DNA of 46,721 nucleotides from an uncultured bacterium (GTDB lineage Bacteria; Chlamydiota; Chlamydiia; Chlamydiales; SM23-39): NCBI GenBank assembly GCA_964411685.1, contig CAYPMA010000001.1, positions 1 to 46,721 of the forward strand, read 5' to 3'. Shown piece by piece: positions 45,845 to 46,721 of this stretch (position 1 is its first letter; each line of letters starts with the position of its first letter). The notes under the pieces were generated by a model. It saw only the letters and a program-made list of their open reading frames with translations, ran no database searches and was not told where the DNA came from. The position numbers and the translations under genes were made by a program.

Positions 45845-46356
45845 AAAGCGTTAATTTCCTTTTTAATTATTGATGATAAATAATAAAGATCAGTTTTTCC
45901 TGGTTCTGTTTTAAGTTTAGCAATCAATTCATCAGGTGTTAACCAGTAATCTTCAATAAAGTCATCTTTATTATAATTTGGTCTATGTGAAGAAATAATT
46001 AAATATACTTTCATGAATGCAGAAACATTAGTCTTAAATGGGTTAACATAGATCAGTTCTTTGTAAGGGTAATTTGCAAGGTCTAGATTTACTTCTTCTT
46101 TTGTTTCTCTAATAAGAGCTTCTAAATAAGTTTCTCCAGCTTTAACATGGCCGCCAATACTGACATCCAGATGAAGAGGAAACAAATGTTTTTTAGGATG
46201 TCTTTTTGGAATCCAAATTTTAGATTTACCATCAAAAATAAAAGCATTAATGACACGAAAATTTTTCTGTTTTTTATTATAAATTTCGCTTTTTAATTGT
46301 TTTCCAATTACTTGGTCATTAATAGAAACTAAATCAAGTAACTCATCAGAATTCAT
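45841..46356 (-). CDS. Nudix hydrolase (IDI/YfcD-like subgroup)
   Basis: 171 aa with the Nudix box GGHVKAGETYLEALIRETKEEVNL (Gx5Ex7REUxEExGU). Confidence 0.85.
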   Translation of the reverse strand: MNSDELLDLVSINDQVIGKQLKSEIYNKKQKNFRVINAFIFDGKSKIWIPKRHPKKHLFPLHLDVSIGGHVKAGETYLEALIRETKEEVNLDLANYPYKELIYVNPFKTNVSAFMKVYLIISSHRPNYNKDDFIEDYWLTPDELIAKLKTEPGKTDLYYLSSIIKKEINAL

Positions 46357-46694
46357 CTTCTAACCATCTTTTTAATAAAAAATATCGATCTGGATTGTTT
46401 TTTACAATTTCAAATAAAGTTTTTTTAGCTTTATCTATTGGTTGAATACCAAAATGAATTACAATTTTTGAGGTATTAAAAGGAAGTTCTTGATAATATT
46501 TCTGTATAATATGGACGTTTTTTTTCTTCGATAGAATCGGCTTTTAATGGTGCAAGACAAAGTCCATTTCTATTCTGTTTATTTAAATTCCAAACGCTTA
46601 TTTTAAAGAAATATACAATAAGTTCATCTAGGGTTTTATAAAAATAATATTCTTCTCCTTCTCTTTGTAAAAAATTTAATGAGTTATACTTAGA
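46346..46694 (-). pseudogene. Frameshifted or truncated gene remnant upstream of the Nudix gene
   Basis: Hand translation finds two adjacent minus-strand open frames with no start codon: ...LNFLQREGEEYYFYKTLDELIVYFFKISVWNLNKQNRNGLCLAPLKADSIEEKK and ...VHIIQKYYQELPFNTSKIVIHFGIQPIDKAKKTLFEIVKNNPDRYFLLKRWLEDEF*. They switch at a T8/A8 homopolymer (46518-46525). The second frame ends 11 nt inside the Nudix gene. Confidence 0.35.
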
Positions 46695-46721
46695 TTACAA
46701 GGGAAACGTACTCAAATTTCA

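Noticed and set aside
1-46721. Search for CRISPR arrays, IS elements, transposases, integrases, prophage genes, rRNA and tRNA
   Set aside because: I saw no regularly spaced direct repeats. No ORF has DDE, serine or tyrosine recombinase hallmarks or phage structural features, and no rRNA-like or tRNA-like sequence stood out. The accessory blocks therefore have no visible mobility machinery within the window.

Overview
This is a strongly AT-rich, densely coding bacterial chromosomal segment. I found no rRNA, tRNA, CRISPR array, transposase or integrase. The housekeeping backbone is aas, a convergent cysS/lysS pair, priA, ftsY, an M50 protease, htrA, a PreP-like M16 protease, pssA, PIN-PhoH and an M3 oligopeptidase. 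From memory, this content and order fit a Chlamydiota-type obligate intracellular bacterium; that is inference and needs a database check. Three accessory blocks stand out. (1) 98-7950 is a six-gene glycosyltransferase island from three families: one ABO-like GT6, three tandem two-domain GT2 paralogs and two tandem GT32/DXD paralogs. Several carry export or anchor signals, and there are no flippase, polymerase or sugar-nucleotide genes. (2) 25794-29191 holds a 2H-phosphoesterase::archease fusion translationally coupled to rtcB, followed by rmuC. (3) About 38.0-46.7 kb is an orphan-rich block centred on nucleotide-handling proteins. It contains two paralogous eukaryotic-like protein kinases with shared extra domains, a divergent P-loop kinase/CYTH pair, an NlpC/P60 frame whose catalytic Cys lies upstream of any canonical start, a Nudix-adk pair in which Adk has a hydrophobic leader, and a frameshifted gene remnant. 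All family assignments come from motifs read in the translations. No searches were run.
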